From: Spirochaetia bacterium
GTDB taxonomy: Bacteria; Spirochaetota; Spirochaetia; SZUA-6; Bin103
Direction: 5' to 3'
Assembly (NCBI GenBank): GCA_965198005.1
Contig: CBDAOI010000002.1
Span: forward strand, 672,001 to 736,000
DNA length: 64,000 nt
Position numbers and translations under genes: made by a program. Every line of letters starts with the position of its first letter. Positions within the stretch are counted from its first letter, which is position 1. Below, in pieces: positions 18,909 through 28,865 of this stretch. Below the pieces are notes generated by a model that saw only the letters and a program-made list of their open reading frames with translations, had not been told where the DNA came from and did not search any database.

Positions 18909-19961
18909 TTACTTATAGGTCGAGCAGGCTGGACACGTGACAGCCTCCCCCGGATTACTTGCCGCGCGATGATAGTCTATGGCATCAAGACAACCGCTAT
19001 TGATCAAACCACTGACCTGATTCTCGAATGCTGCTCGATCAACAGCGTACATACCACCCCGTGCGCCTTCAAAACTGCAATTCCAGGCCGCAAGTGCTTG
19101 TCCATAGAGCAGAGCCGCGTGCACGCCGCGGGCACCGACCCGGCGTAGCCCCCTCTGCCCGCCGACAGACGTCTTAGCAATCAATCCTGCTGTGCACCAG
19201 TCGCCCGAGCCACAGGGATCGGCGACCCGTGGCACCCGAAAAGGCTTCTGATGCATCCACTTGGACACCCGGGCTCCCCGCCCCAGCCGATGGCGATACT
19301 TCAGACCTCGTTCTCCAAGCGTATGCACCTCAAGCAGTGGCCCAGACGCACTGTCGATCGAGCCCCAGATGTCAACCGGACGTCCGTGCGCATACTTCAC
19401 GACGTGGGCGAGTGAAATCGCCTCTGCCACTAACCTTCCATCTGCCCGTCCGGATGGTTCAAACACTACCACAGCCCCGTGAGACGACGCCTCGGCAGCC
19501 AGAGCAAGGATCGCACGCGACGGCCGATCAAAAAAAAACACTGACGCATCTGAGACTTCCGGCTTGACTCTCTCTGCCGAAGAAACCGTGATAGGCTTAA
19601 AACTCGGCAGCCTCTTACCGCACTGCGGGCACGACCAAGAAAAACGATGCCGTGGACGGCTGTCTCCCTCAAGTACTATTTCATGAACTACCATGGGCGT
19701 GTCACTGGTCGGAGCGCAGCTAGTCCAATCCAGGTGAACTCCCCAGCGCCCCATATCCCTACGAATCCGCTCCGAACCAGCGTCGCCCCTCATCCGCGCG
19801 ACCGGGTAAGCATCCCATCCAAGCCACGACAGAATGCACAATACATTCCCACAAGTTCCACCCGTCCAACAGCCAATGGGTACATCCGGCTGCCAACTAA
19901 TGACCACATCAAGGGCTATTAACCCTGTCCCATAAACTTTCGGGTGAGTAACTGAATTCAT
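18909..19961 (-). CDS. PfkB/ribokinase-family kinase with CxxC motifs
   Basis: GTGLIALD, GGTCGNV, signature DPCGSGDWCTAG; WSCPQCG insert and C-terminal CPAC. ATG 19961 overlaps the upstream TGA. Confidence 0.85.
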   Translation of the reverse strand: MNSVTHPKVYGTGLIALDVVISWQPDVPIGCWTGGTCGNVLCILSWLGWDAYPVARMRGDAGSERIRRDMGRWGVHLDWTSCAPTSDTPMVVHEIVLEGDSRPRHRFSWSCPQCGKRLPSFKPITVSSAERVKPEVSDASVFFFDRPSRAILALAAEASSHGAVVVFEPSGRADGRLVAEAISLAHVVKYAHGRPVDIWGSIDSASGPLLEVHTLGERGLKYRHRLGRGARVSKWMHQKPFRVPRVADPCGSGDWCTAGLIAKTSVGGQRGLRRVGARGVHAALLYGQALAAWNCSFEGARGGMYAVDRAAFENQVSGLINSGCLDAIDYHRAASNPGEAVTCPACSTYK

Positions 19962-21049
19962 ATTGTCGGGCGGCCCTCCGGATACACTTCGCCCTCCAAC
20001 CATAAATGTACGATACTTGGCTGAACAACTGTGTCCAGTACACTTTCCATCATGTCGTAGCCAATTGACTCAAGATAAGCCACGGGCAAGTCGCGCTCCA
20101 ACGCCGCCAGAAGAGCGCCAAGTGCCATCACTTTGCTGCCATGCGGGGAGAGAACGAGCATCGAACCTCCGGTCTCCGAGAATACCGCGTTCCGAAGGTC
20201 ATCTAGTCTAAGAAGAGTCCGATAGAGGTCCAACGGATCTCCCTCGTCGGCGTACACGATGTTGCGCGCATCGACCGACCATGTGTTCTCGAAGTCGGCC
20301 AGATATTCCTCCGCCAGCCTGTCGCCGAAACGAGGGTCTGTGGCTGGAAACGGAAGTATGGGGCACGTATCGTGAGGGTCAACGAAATCGTAGAGGCGCG
20401 TGAGTGCTCCCCGCATCCCAAAAGCCAGCTGTGGGAGCCACAACCGTGCCGCACCGCTGGCTTCAGAGAGAGTCGAGCGCCCCTTGAAACCATGAACGTA
20501 GGCCGGTACGTCGCCGGGGACTGGGCGTATCTTGTCATCAAGGAGTGGATCGTGAACAACGACTACATGTAGATTGGTCTGTCGTCCGTGCCGACCGATA
20601 AGCTCGACGAAGTAGCGAATTATGGGGAATATGGTGCCTGCGGACAACGCACTAATATCGACTACAATATCAGTTACACCATTCAGACTCTGTTGACGAA
20701 GGACGTTTATTATGTTCCGTCCTCCGACCACGGCACCGTCCTGCCCAAAGATGTCGATCGATGCGACTTGGGAGTCGGGGAGCACATTGAGAATGACGCT
20801 GGTGTTCTCGTTCGCCCGGTTGGATTGCCCCCGCGGCGGATTGGGGCGGTCCTCTCGGATCAACAGTGCACGTACATTGATCGTCTCATTGGCGAGCCGT
20901 TCAGCGACAATACATGATCGAGGATCGAACCCCGCGCCTGCGACAAGAAAGGCTAGGCGGTGGGGCTGGGCAAAGTAACGCGCGAGGAACCGATCGACGT
21001 CGTCCCCACTGTGGGCGACACAGGGATCCCAGTGGGATCGGTAGTCCAC
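19958..21049 (-). CDS. hypothetical alpha/beta Rossmann-like protein (possibly CARF-like)
   Basis: 363 aa; FLVAGAGFDPRS, IVVDISALS, LSPHGSKVMALGALLAA; operon-coupled. Confidence 0.7.
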   Translation of the reverse strand: MDYRSHWDPCVAHSGDDVDRFLARYFAQPHRLAFLVAGAGFDPRSCIVAERLANETINVRALLIREDRPNPPRGQSNRANENTSVILNVLPDSQVASIDIFGQDGAVVGGRNIINVLRQQSLNGVTDIVVDISALSAGTIFPIIRYFVELIGRHGRQTNLHVVVVHDPLLDDKIRPVPGDVPAYVHGFKGRSTLSEASGAARLWLPQLAFGMRGALTRLYDFVDPHDTCPILPFPATDPRFGDRLAEEYLADFENTWSVDARNIVYADEGDPLDLYRTLLRLDDLRNAVFSETGGSMLVLSPHGSKVMALGALLAALERDLPVAYLESIGYDMMESVLDTVVQPSIVHLWLEGEVYPEGRPTI

Positions 21050-21050
21050 T

Positions 21051-22952
21051 TCAGTCCTCGTCCATCAGGTTGATCAGATCATGGCTACGTCGCTCAAGGA
21101 AGCCGCCGCGCTTTAGCGTCAGTCCATGGTGAAGACGTAGTACACCGCCCAGCTCGATGAGGCACCATAGCCGTTTTTTTGTGCTGTGATTTGGGACCAT
21201 CACGAATGCGTTATAGGCGATACCAAACTGAAGCACCTGTGCTAGGTGTGGAAGATCTTGAGGAATGGTGTTGAACTCATCTTGTGGGATACCGAAGGCA
21301 GTAGCACCGCCGCGGAGTGACGCATTACCCTCTAGGCTTTTCGCGACGCATTCGGCGGCCATGCCGTCGGCTATCCGGCGGACAAATCGACATTGGGGGA
21401 AGCTCCACTCATCCACCATCTGTGTCGCACGTTCCCGGAGTAGCTTGTGTTGTAGACCGCTTGGGAGCGTGGCGTTCTTTCCGCGGATGAGCTGAGTCTC
21501 TGCCTGTGAGACGAGACGAGCGCAGAGCTGCAAGAACTGCTCAGCATTCTCCGAACTCGCGTCGCTCAAGGTGTCGATACCGAAAAAATACGGAAGTTCG
21601 TACTTATGCAACAAGTGGATGCGTGCTCCGTCGGCGACGCCAGAATCGACCTTCAGAGGTCGACTAAGCTCCAACATCTCTTCGTCGTCCACGAACAGAC
21701 TAGGTTGCACGCGATTAGCGTGACGCTCAAAAAGCACCGAAAGAATACCTAGCCTGAGGGCTTCGGAGCTCTCCCCGGTATTCGCGAGGTAATCGTCAAT
21801 CATTTTCTCAAAGCTGACACGACGCTCGTGTGGAACTCGGCGCTGACGCTGCAGGACATCGACTTCTTTTGTTAGTTGCTGGCGCTTACCGGTGGGGAGC
21901 TCCGCCGCCATGGTCGGCAGCAGATCACCGAGGCTGTTGAGACGACGGCGGTTGAACACCTCCATCTGACTCAGGTATCGCCCAGCCATATCTTTGGCCA
22001 TCGTACGAAACGCTCGCCGCTGTTTCGTACGATTTTCACCGCCCTGCATCCAGATGACCGTCATTTCTCGTGAGCGCTTGAGTGCGGACTCCTCGGAATC
22101 AGTAGTCTGACCCAGAAGCACGTCCCTTGGCGTAAGCGCATCGAGCCGCGTTAGTACCCATCTTGAGACCTTGAGGTCGCGCTGTGAAAGCCAACGCCAA
22201 AGCGCTAAGAGCTGACTGGGATGTAGACTATGTGCGTCGTCAAAGATGATTAGCGGACGGAGGTCCAGGGTATCCTGACGATATTTGATCCGGAATGCCT
22301 CAATGACGTCGAACGGTCGGTAAGCGGCGCTTGCCTCACGGTCGATACTCTCAACACCCGGCGGCAGGAGAGCAGCCGATATGCGATAGATTGCGCGCTC
22401 GACGATTCGGGCGCGCTCGCGCAAACCCGGTCCCTCTGTGCCCCCAATCTCGGTGAGTGCCGCGTCGGCATCGGAGCGCGGAATAATCTCGACTTGGTCA
22501 AGCGGCACTCCCGCCGCTTCGACGTTCCGAAGCCAAGCGAGTACGGAACGCGCCTGGAGAAGTTCGATCATCAGTCCTGTCTTGAGTTCATCAGTGTAAT
22601 CGAACTCCCAAAAATCCCGGTATTCAGCCTGGAGTGGGAGGCGAGCACCGATAAGAGTTGGCCGCTCCTCCTTAATCGCTCCGCAGTTCGTGAGTGTGTC
22701 AATTAACGGCCTATAGTTGGTCATCCCCCGATTACCTAACAATGTGCTCAGCGCTGTAAACTCGAAGAGTCGCGCCAACGTCGTCTTCCCGCTACCCGGG
22801 GTGCCGACAATCACTGCTAGTCGATCGTAGAGTCTCTCTTCTTTGGCCGGCTTCTGGAAAAACCTCGCGACTGGTTCTGGAGTGACCAAGGCGAGAAATG
22901 CCTCATCGTCCCGGAGGTATTCAGTCGCTCTTTTTTCAAACGGATTTGCCAT
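21051..22952 (-). CDS. P-loop NTPase (ORC/CDC6- or STAND-like)
   Basis: MANPF N-terminus, Walker A IVGTPGSGKTT, Walker B LIIFDDAH, long helical C-terminus; AGGGG RBS. Confidence 0.8.
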   Translation of the reverse strand: MANPFEKRATEYLRDDEAFLALVTPEPVARFFQKPAKEERLYDRLAVIVGTPGSGKTTLARLFEFTALSTLLGNRGMTNYRPLIDTLTNCGAIKEERPTLIGARLPLQAEYRDFWEFDYTDELKTGLMIELLQARSVLAWLRNVEAAGVPLDQVEIIPRSDADAALTEIGGTEGPGLRERARIVERAIYRISAALLPPGVESIDREASAAYRPFDVIEAFRIKYRQDTLDLRPLIIFDDAHSLHPSQLLALWRWLSQRDLKVSRWVLTRLDALTPRDVLLGQTTDSEESALKRSREMTVIWMQGGENRTKQRRAFRTMAKDMAGRYLSQMEVFNRRRLNSLGDLLPTMAAELPTGKRQQLTKEVDVLQRQRRVPHERRVSFEKMIDDYLANTGESSEALRLGILSVLFERHANRVQPSLFVDDEEMLELSRPLKVDSGVADGARIHLLHKYELPYFFGIDTLSDASSENAEQFLQLCARLVSQAETQLIRGKNATLPSGLQHKLLRERATQMVDEWSFPQCRFVRRIADGMAAECVAKSLEGNASLRGGATAFGIPQDEFNTIPQDLPHLAQVLQFGIAYNAFVMVPNHSTKKRLWCLIELGGVLRLHHGLTLKRGGFLERRSHDLINLMDED

Positions 22953-22964
22953 ATAACATGTCCC

Positions 22965-23929
22965 CTAAAGGTGTCGCTGGCGACGACGAAAGAGCGGGCG
23001 CATTCCTGGTGCTTGAATGTTGCCTCGAACCCCACCATCGCTCTCGGCCCAAAGCAGAGCAATCGCGTTGTTAGGCGTGTTGTGTGCGAGCACAAGAGGG
23101 AGCGCGCAGCCACCATAGCCAAGGCCTAGATGACTCACGCCGCCGATTTCGGTATGTTTCGTCTGGATTATCGGGTCGTAGTAGATCTGCGTGAGTCTTA
23201 TGAAGTCGTCATGCACGCCGGAACCAGCTCGAATCGGAAGTTCAGGCGGAAGCACCATGCCGAAGGAAGTCCGGGGAGTCTTCCTCCAGCTATCGGGGAA
23301 CGCGTCGCTCGCCTCTTTGAGACGCTCGCTGATTGCTCCTGCGGCTTCCGACGATGCTACATAGTGGTGCACGCAAAGCACCCAGTTATCCTCGAATAGC
23401 TGATCATCCGGAAGCGTGGCATTGGCGATTTCCACTTCACCTGAGTGACTTGAACGAATTGTTCGTTGGTAAGTAAGCCCGCATTCGCGTGGCGAATCGT
23501 GTCTATACGTGCTCCGTCGCTCAATCCCATGAATAGCGTCTGGCGGCGCAATCGCTCGGTGGCCGCGTGGGCGGCCGAGTCGGCGAGCACTCGATAAGGC
23601 TGAATGCCGTATTCGGCTGCGACAAGGCGTACTATATGTTCTCGGACAATGCGCGGATAGAACTGCTCCACGAGCCGCTGCATCTCTATCTGGCCGATGT
23701 AGACGAGGGAGCGACGCACGAAGGTGTAAGCGGTATCCCGCTCGTGTGCCTCGAACTGCTGGAGCCACGTGACCAAATTCTCAATAAAGCGCATACCAGC
23801 CTGGAAGGCTTGGTAGCCATCGTATTTTAGACGCGCCATCAGCTTCAGCCAAGCGAACTCTTGACGGGCTTGATAATCAGTCCAATTCATGATCTGGCCG
23901 AGGACTTTCAGACCAAGGTCCTGATTCAT
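22965..23929 (-). pseudogene. phosphoribosyltransferase-like (PRTase-CE-type) protein split by an internal deletion/frameshift near 23435
   Basis: N-part MNQDLGL...GLSDGARID...NEQFVQVTQV (ATG 23929 overlaps the upstream TGA) changes frame to C-part ...GYGGCALPLVLAHNTPNNAIALLW...RPLFRRRQRH. No DD-x-G PRPP loop in either part. Confidence 0.65.
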
Positions 23930-25869
23930 TCGAGTGATCCAGCCCCAAACCTCAGCCGGCCGTCTTGTACTTCTAGTGCCGAGAGATACTCGAACGTGAC
24001 GACCGGACCGCGCTGACCTGGCTGCCCCAGATGCCAACAGGTTGCGGGGTCGGTGCTGATTTCATCAACTCCGAGTGCAAACGGTTCGCTGAGCAACTCA
24101 TGGTCGTTGCCCGGCCAACGGCCGCGATCGCCGATCACGAGGATAGGCTCGTCGCCAACCGTCTCGCGTAGCCGTCTAACGACGTTCATCTTGGACACGC
24201 CGGGCGCAACGATATCCACCGAATGGCTGGAGCGGGTGACGGCGACTCCCTGGATGCCGGTTGTCCGGATCACTTGATGGGCGAGATCCCAAAGTCGACA
24301 CTCGCGCATGATCCTTGTGGCCTCAAGCGTGATTTGTAAGGGGCGCTCTTCCTGGCAGACGAATTCAGCAAGCTCTGGCTGATGGCGCAATGCGTGTGCA
24401 AGTGGCCGAAGGCAATCGTGGGCTCTCTCGGTTCCATCCGGCGAGTCGTTGTTATCGAGCGACGCGACTTCAGCGCCGTTGTAGTATCCAACGAGAATGA
24501 GAGGCCAGAGCGGGCGAGCAAGGCGCTCCTGAAGGTCGCGTCGGACCGATGCGCCGCGGCCAGTTGCGATCCCAATATACGCACCGGCGCTGGCTAGGCG
24601 AGCGAGTTCGGAGGCCATTTCCGGATCCACGGGTTCGGAGCGACGCCGGGTATCGACCACCGTTCCATCGTAGTCGAGAACGACTCCGGCGAATCGAGCG
24701 TCCCGCAAACGGGCAAGGAACGCGGTGAGCGCATCGTGCCAGCGGCCGATCTCCGTTAGCGTGGCTACGTTACTTTGATCGACGTTTGCTTTCCGCGCGA
24801 TCGCTGCGGACACACGTGGCGTAAGACGCGACGACCCGGTAGCGCACTTGGAGCGTGGGAGACTCAAGTTATAGAGTCTACGTCCGAACTCGGGGACGCC
24901 GGGACGTCCGGGGTCGATCCCCCGGATGCATCCAACCCATCCCGTGATCCTCAACGCTGCGAGCAGCGATGCAAGTGCTACTGCACTCGGCCCACCCTGG
25001 AAAACGATCCGTGCTTGGGGGACGCCGATGGGAATCAGGTCAAGCGTCCGCTCGGCGAGCACGCGATCCGCACTTGTGACGAAGGCGAGCACAGCGCTCG
25101 TGCCGCTGCGCTTGGCGAGCCAATGATGTCGTCCGTGGGCGAAGTTCCGGTAGTCGGCAAGCTGAACGTGGCCCAGCGCGGCCTCCGTAAACTTCGACTC
25201 GAGATCGATCGCTCCAATCCGCGTTGCAGGGCCATGAAGGACGAGTGTGGTGGGCCGCGTCCAGAGCGGAGCTGTGGTCGCTTCCCACGCTTCCAGGTCA
25301 GCGGTGGCATCCCGAAGCAGCGGCTTCAGTTGGTCCACCGTGTCCCGCCAACCCTTATGTGAACCGAACTCGGCAGCGTAGGCTCGGGTCAGAAGCGAGG
25401 TGAAGCCGAATAGCGAATTGGTGGCGAGGAAGCCGTCCTTGCCGGCGGGTGGTGGGTAGAGGAGCAGGTCGACGAATGCGTGCTGTCGGCAGAGGTTGAC
25501 CAAAGGACTGACCTCACGCCCGCATAGGACGGCGATCTGGCGCGGCTCACGTAGGATCAACGTCTCTGCCGCCGCCATGATGTCGTTGTTGCTCCCTCTA
25601 GCGCTTAGCAGCCATGTGGCGATGGTCGCATCGAGTGGCTCGTCAGTTGCGTCGAGCGGCGTGGCCACCGTGGATAGGAGGCCCGTGTAGCGCTGATGCA
25701 GACCGGCTAGCGCATGGGCACCGGTGAGTGATCCCCCGGAACCGATTACTCGAAGCGGCGAACGACCGGCGACACGAACGGCTTGTTGCATAGGCCGGAG
25801 GTCGGCTTCCTCTGCCCAAGCGAACGTCTCGGCCAGCATCGCCATCTCTCCCGTATATGGCCGTGCCAT
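23926..25869 (-). CDS. SIS (sugar isomerase, GlmS-like) plus HAD-IIB phosphatase fusion
   Basis: IGSGGS, LSARGSN, DGFLATNS, ESKFTEA...RNFAHGRH (tandem SIS); VVLDYDGTV, IATGRG, YNGA, VSK, IGD...GND (HAD motifs I-IV). Confidence 0.8.
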   Translation of the reverse strand: MARPYTGEMAMLAETFAWAEEADLRPMQQAVRVAGRSPLRVIGSGGSLTGAHALAGLHQRYTGLLSTVATPLDATDEPLDATIATWLLSARGSNNDIMAAAETLILREPRQIAVLCGREVSPLVNLCRQHAFVDLLLYPPPAGKDGFLATNSLFGFTSLLTRAYAAEFGSHKGWRDTVDQLKPLLRDATADLEAWEATTAPLWTRPTTLVLHGPATRIGAIDLESKFTEAALGHVQLADYRNFAHGRHHWLAKRSGTSAVLAFVTSADRVLAERTLDLIPIGVPQARIVFQGGPSAVALASLLAALRITGWVGCIRGIDPGRPGVPEFGRRLYNLSLPRSKCATGSSRLTPRVSAAIARKANVDQSNVATLTEIGRWHDALTAFLARLRDARFAGVVLDYDGTVVDTRRRSEPVDPEMASELARLASAGAYIGIATGRGASVRRDLQERLARPLWPLILVGYYNGAEVASLDNNDSPDGTERAHDCLRPLAHALRHQPELAEFVCQEERPLQITLEATRIMRECRLWDLAHQVIRTTGIQGVAVTRSSHSVDIVAPGVSKMNVVRRLRETVGDEPILVIGDRGRWPGNDHELLSEPFALGVDEISTDPATCWHLGQPGQRGPVVTFEYLSALEVQDGRLRFGAGSLE

Positions 25870-25984
25870 GGTCGCCTAACTGCCCTCCCAGGCTGTCCTC
25901 GTCCAGTGACGCACAAGATGGACACAGGATGGTGGAGTCTCGTCGCTCTTGCAAGGACAGGGAAACCGGACCTGCCTGGAGCAA

Positions 25985-26413
25985 ATCTCGCTGCGCGCGC
26001 CGGGCGTGACCCGCGCCCAGGTGGAGGCGGCGGCCGACGCGGTGGGCGCGACCCGGTTCATCCGCGCCCTGCCGCGCGGCTTCGACCACGACGTGCTGGA
26101 GGAGGGCAAGTCGCTCTCCTCGGGCCAGAAACAGTTGCTGGCCTTCGCCCGCGCCTTCCTGCTCGACCCCGGCGTGGTGATCATGGACGAGGCCACCGCC
26201 AGCGTCGACGCCGAATCGGAGCGGGTCATCGAGACCGCGCTCGACACTCTGCTGCACGGCCGCACCGCGATCATCATCGCCCACCGCCTGTCCACGATCC
26301 GCTCGGCGCAACGCGTCCCGGTGCTCCACCACGGCCGCCTGACCCCACGGCCGCTACGGTGCTGGAGGCCGGCACCCACGCCCACCTCCTGGCCCACGAC
26401 GGCGTCTACGCCC
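25985..26413 (+). repeat. island-flanking direct repeat, right copy (ABC NBD gene fragment)
   Basis: Encodes ...LEEGKSLSSGQKQLLAFARAFLLDPGVVIMDEATAS... identical to subunit B, with a ~20-bp insertion near 26342 causing a frameshift. Confidence 0.92.
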
Positions 26414-26641
26414 AGATTGATGATCGGCTGCGAAAGAAGGCGGAGAATGGCTGGACGTTGTCTCGATTGTGGGTGATGGGACATCTCGGCGGCGTCCCGG
26501 ATGTCTGAACCGCTACGTATCGCGGCAGTCACGTTGCGGCCCGAGGGTTCGGCTGCGTTCGGCTCCGCGTCGACAGGTAGGACGGGCGCAGGATGGGGTG
26601 GGGTCTATAAACGTTCCACGGCCGCTGGGGCCGGTGTCAGC

Positions 26642-28831
26642 TCACGTCCGATCGTGGGGTGGTTCTACGCGCACGTCGGGCAGCCATGCCAGCCACGACG
26701 GCAGGTACCAGTTCCCGCGGCCCAGGATCTCCATGGTGGCCGGCACCAGGATCGAGCGCACCAGCGTCGCATCGAGCAGCACCGCGACGGCGAGCCCGAA
26801 TCCCACTTGCTGGTTGATGATGGTCTTCCCTGACGCGAAGGCGCCGAACACTGCGACCATGATCAGAGCAGCCCCCGTGATCAACCCGGCGGTGGAGCGC
26901 AGCCCATACGCTACCGCGTCCGCATTGTTCCCGGTCTGATCGTAGCGCTCGCGGATCCGGCTCAGCAGGAAAACATGGTAGTCCATGGAAAGACCGAAGA
27001 CGATGGCGAACAGGAACAGCGGGATCCACACGTCGATCACTGCGGCGTGTTGAAATCCCAGAAGGTCCGTCGCCATCCCCTTCTGAAATACCAGCACCAT
27101 CAGGCCGTAGGCGGTCCCAATGGACAGCAGGTTCATGAACACCGCCTTTATCGGGACCACGATTGACCGAAAGACAAGCAGCAATACCGCGAAACCGAGA
27201 CCGAGCACGAACGCGAATACGATCGGCGTGTACCTTTCCACTACGGCAAAAAGATCCGCGGTAACCGCGGTTTCCCCGCCAACGAATACTTCCGCCGAGA
27301 CGCCCTCGAATGCCGCCGGAATGTATTGCTCGCGCAGCACTGAAACCGCCTCGACGGTAGTGTGACTTCGCGGCTCTCCGGGAAGCGGGAGGGTCATCAA
27401 GGCCAGATCCCCGGAAGGGCCGTGTACGATGACCGGAGGTATGGGAAACCTGGCATCCTCGGTCAACGAGCTCGCCAGGCGTGCGATCGCCGCCTGCACC
27501 TGCGGACTGCCGAGGTCTCCCTCGATGACAATCTCGGCAGGATTGACCAGACCGAAAGAGAACTTCTCCTCCAGAACGAAGAAGGCTTCCTTGGTTCGAG
27601 CCCCGTCGGGGAACGTGTCCAACCCATTGATCCCCGTCTCTATTTGAAAGTAGAACAGCGTGCAGGCGACCATCGGACCGCCGATCGCGAGGATGCTGAC
27701 GATCGGGAACTTCGTTACGAGTCGCGTGGTTTTGCCCCAGAAACCGTCGGCCGCACCGTAGCCGCCAGCGTCGCTTCGTCTTCGGACGAAAGGGATCCTC
27801 AAGCGATCGATAGCCGGTCCCAGCAAGGCAAGCGCAGCAGGCAGCAGTGTCAGGGTGGCCCCGAGTGCGACCATGACGACCACAATGGCGCCGATGCCAA
27901 GCGACCGGAAGAACGTCGCCGGCACGATCAACATCCCGCACAGAGAGACGACCGTGGTGACACCGCTGAACAGCACCGTCCGACCCGCCGTTTCGCCAGC
28001 TCGGATCACCGCCTCGAGCTTGCCCAGGCCGCGGCTCAGCTCCTCTCGGAATCGCGATACCATGAGGAGCGAATAGTCGATCCCTACCGCCATACCGATC
28101 ATGCTCACCATCATCGTCACGAAGAACACCAACTGAAATGCCTGACCGATCAGCGCGACCATTCCCAACGCGACGATGATCGCCACGATTGCAAGCCCGA
28201 TCGGTAGCAGCGCGGCCACGATACTGCCGAAGAGCACGAGCAGAATGATCAGCGCCACGGGAAGGCCGAACCGCTCGCCCTGCTCCAGGTCATGTCTGCT
28301 CAGCTCGTTGGTCTCGAAGGCGATGCTGGCAGCTCCACCCATCAGCACGCGGAAATCATCTTCCTCGTCCGCCTTGGCGACGAGGTCCACGACCCTCGCG
28401 ACGTTCGCCGTAGCCTCATCGAAGTCGCCGGCCATGACCACCTGCACTATGGTGGTCTTGCGGTCGCGTGACACGAGAGTTTCGTCATTCGTCTGATAGT
28501 AATTCCGACCAGCGGCCACAACGCCACTTCCGAGCGAGAGGATCTCGGCGGAGATGGACTCGACCTTCTGTCGAAGCTCCGGGGCATCGACCGTGAGCGT
28601 GTCCGACTGTATCACGACCAGTTCGAGCATCGGTTTGCGCCCTCGAAGCTTTTCCTCCAGGAGTCGGGAAGCCACCGCGGACTCGGCATTCCCGGATAGC
28701 GTCAATTCCGTGGTGGTGGCGCCTGTAAGCATGGTCCGGATGAGAATCGCCGCAATCGCCACGAGCGCTATCCAAACGCCTATTGTGGCCCACGGCCGGC
28801 GCACACTGACTCGAGCCAAGAAAGCGGGCAT
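26642..28831 (-). CDS. MMPL-family (RND) lipid/terpenoid transporter
   Basis: Two TM blocks with GMAVGIDYSLLMVSRFREE and FGLSMDYHVFLLSRIRE, LDATLVR...VPA...NWYLP. Start 28831 or 28897. Confidence 0.92.
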   Translation of the reverse strand: MPAFLARVSVRRPWATIGVWIALVAIAAILIRTMLTGATTTELTLSGNAESAVASRLLEEKLRGRKPMLELVVIQSDTLTVDAPELRQKVESISAEILSLGSGVVAAGRNYYQTNDETLVSRDRKTTIVQVVMAGDFDEATANVARVVDLVAKADEEDDFRVLMGGAASIAFETNELSRHDLEQGERFGLPVALIILLVLFGSIVAALLPIGLAIVAIIVALGMVALIGQAFQLVFFVTMMVSMIGMAVGIDYSLLMVSRFREELSRGLGKLEAVIRAGETAGRTVLFSGVTTVVSLCGMLIVPATFFRSLGIGAIVVVMVALGATLTLLPAALALLGPAIDRLRIPFVRRRSDAGGYGAADGFWGKTTRLVTKFPIVSILAIGGPMVACTLFYFQIETGINGLDTFPDGARTKEAFFVLEEKFSFGLVNPAEIVIEGDLGSPQVQAAIARLASSLTEDARFPIPPVIVHGPSGDLALMTLPLPGEPRSHTTVEAVSVLREQYIPAAFEGVSAEVFVGGETAVTADLFAVVERYTPIVFAFVLGLGFAVLLLVFRSIVVPIKAVFMNLLSIGTAYGLMVLVFQKGMATDLLGFQHAAVIDVWIPLFLFAIVFGLSMDYHVFLLSRIRERYDQTGNNADAVAYGLRSTAGLITGAALIMVAVFGAFASGKTIINQQVGFGLAVAVLLDATLVRSILVPATMEILGRGNWYLPSWLAWLPDVRVEPPHDRT

Positions 28832-28865
28832 GGCTAAGCTCCTCCGGTGTGAAGTGTCTGATCGC

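Noticed and set aside
23420-23460. Programmed frameshift in the PRTase-like gene
   Set aside because: No slippery heptamer is evident and the catalytic loop seems absent, so a deletion fits better.
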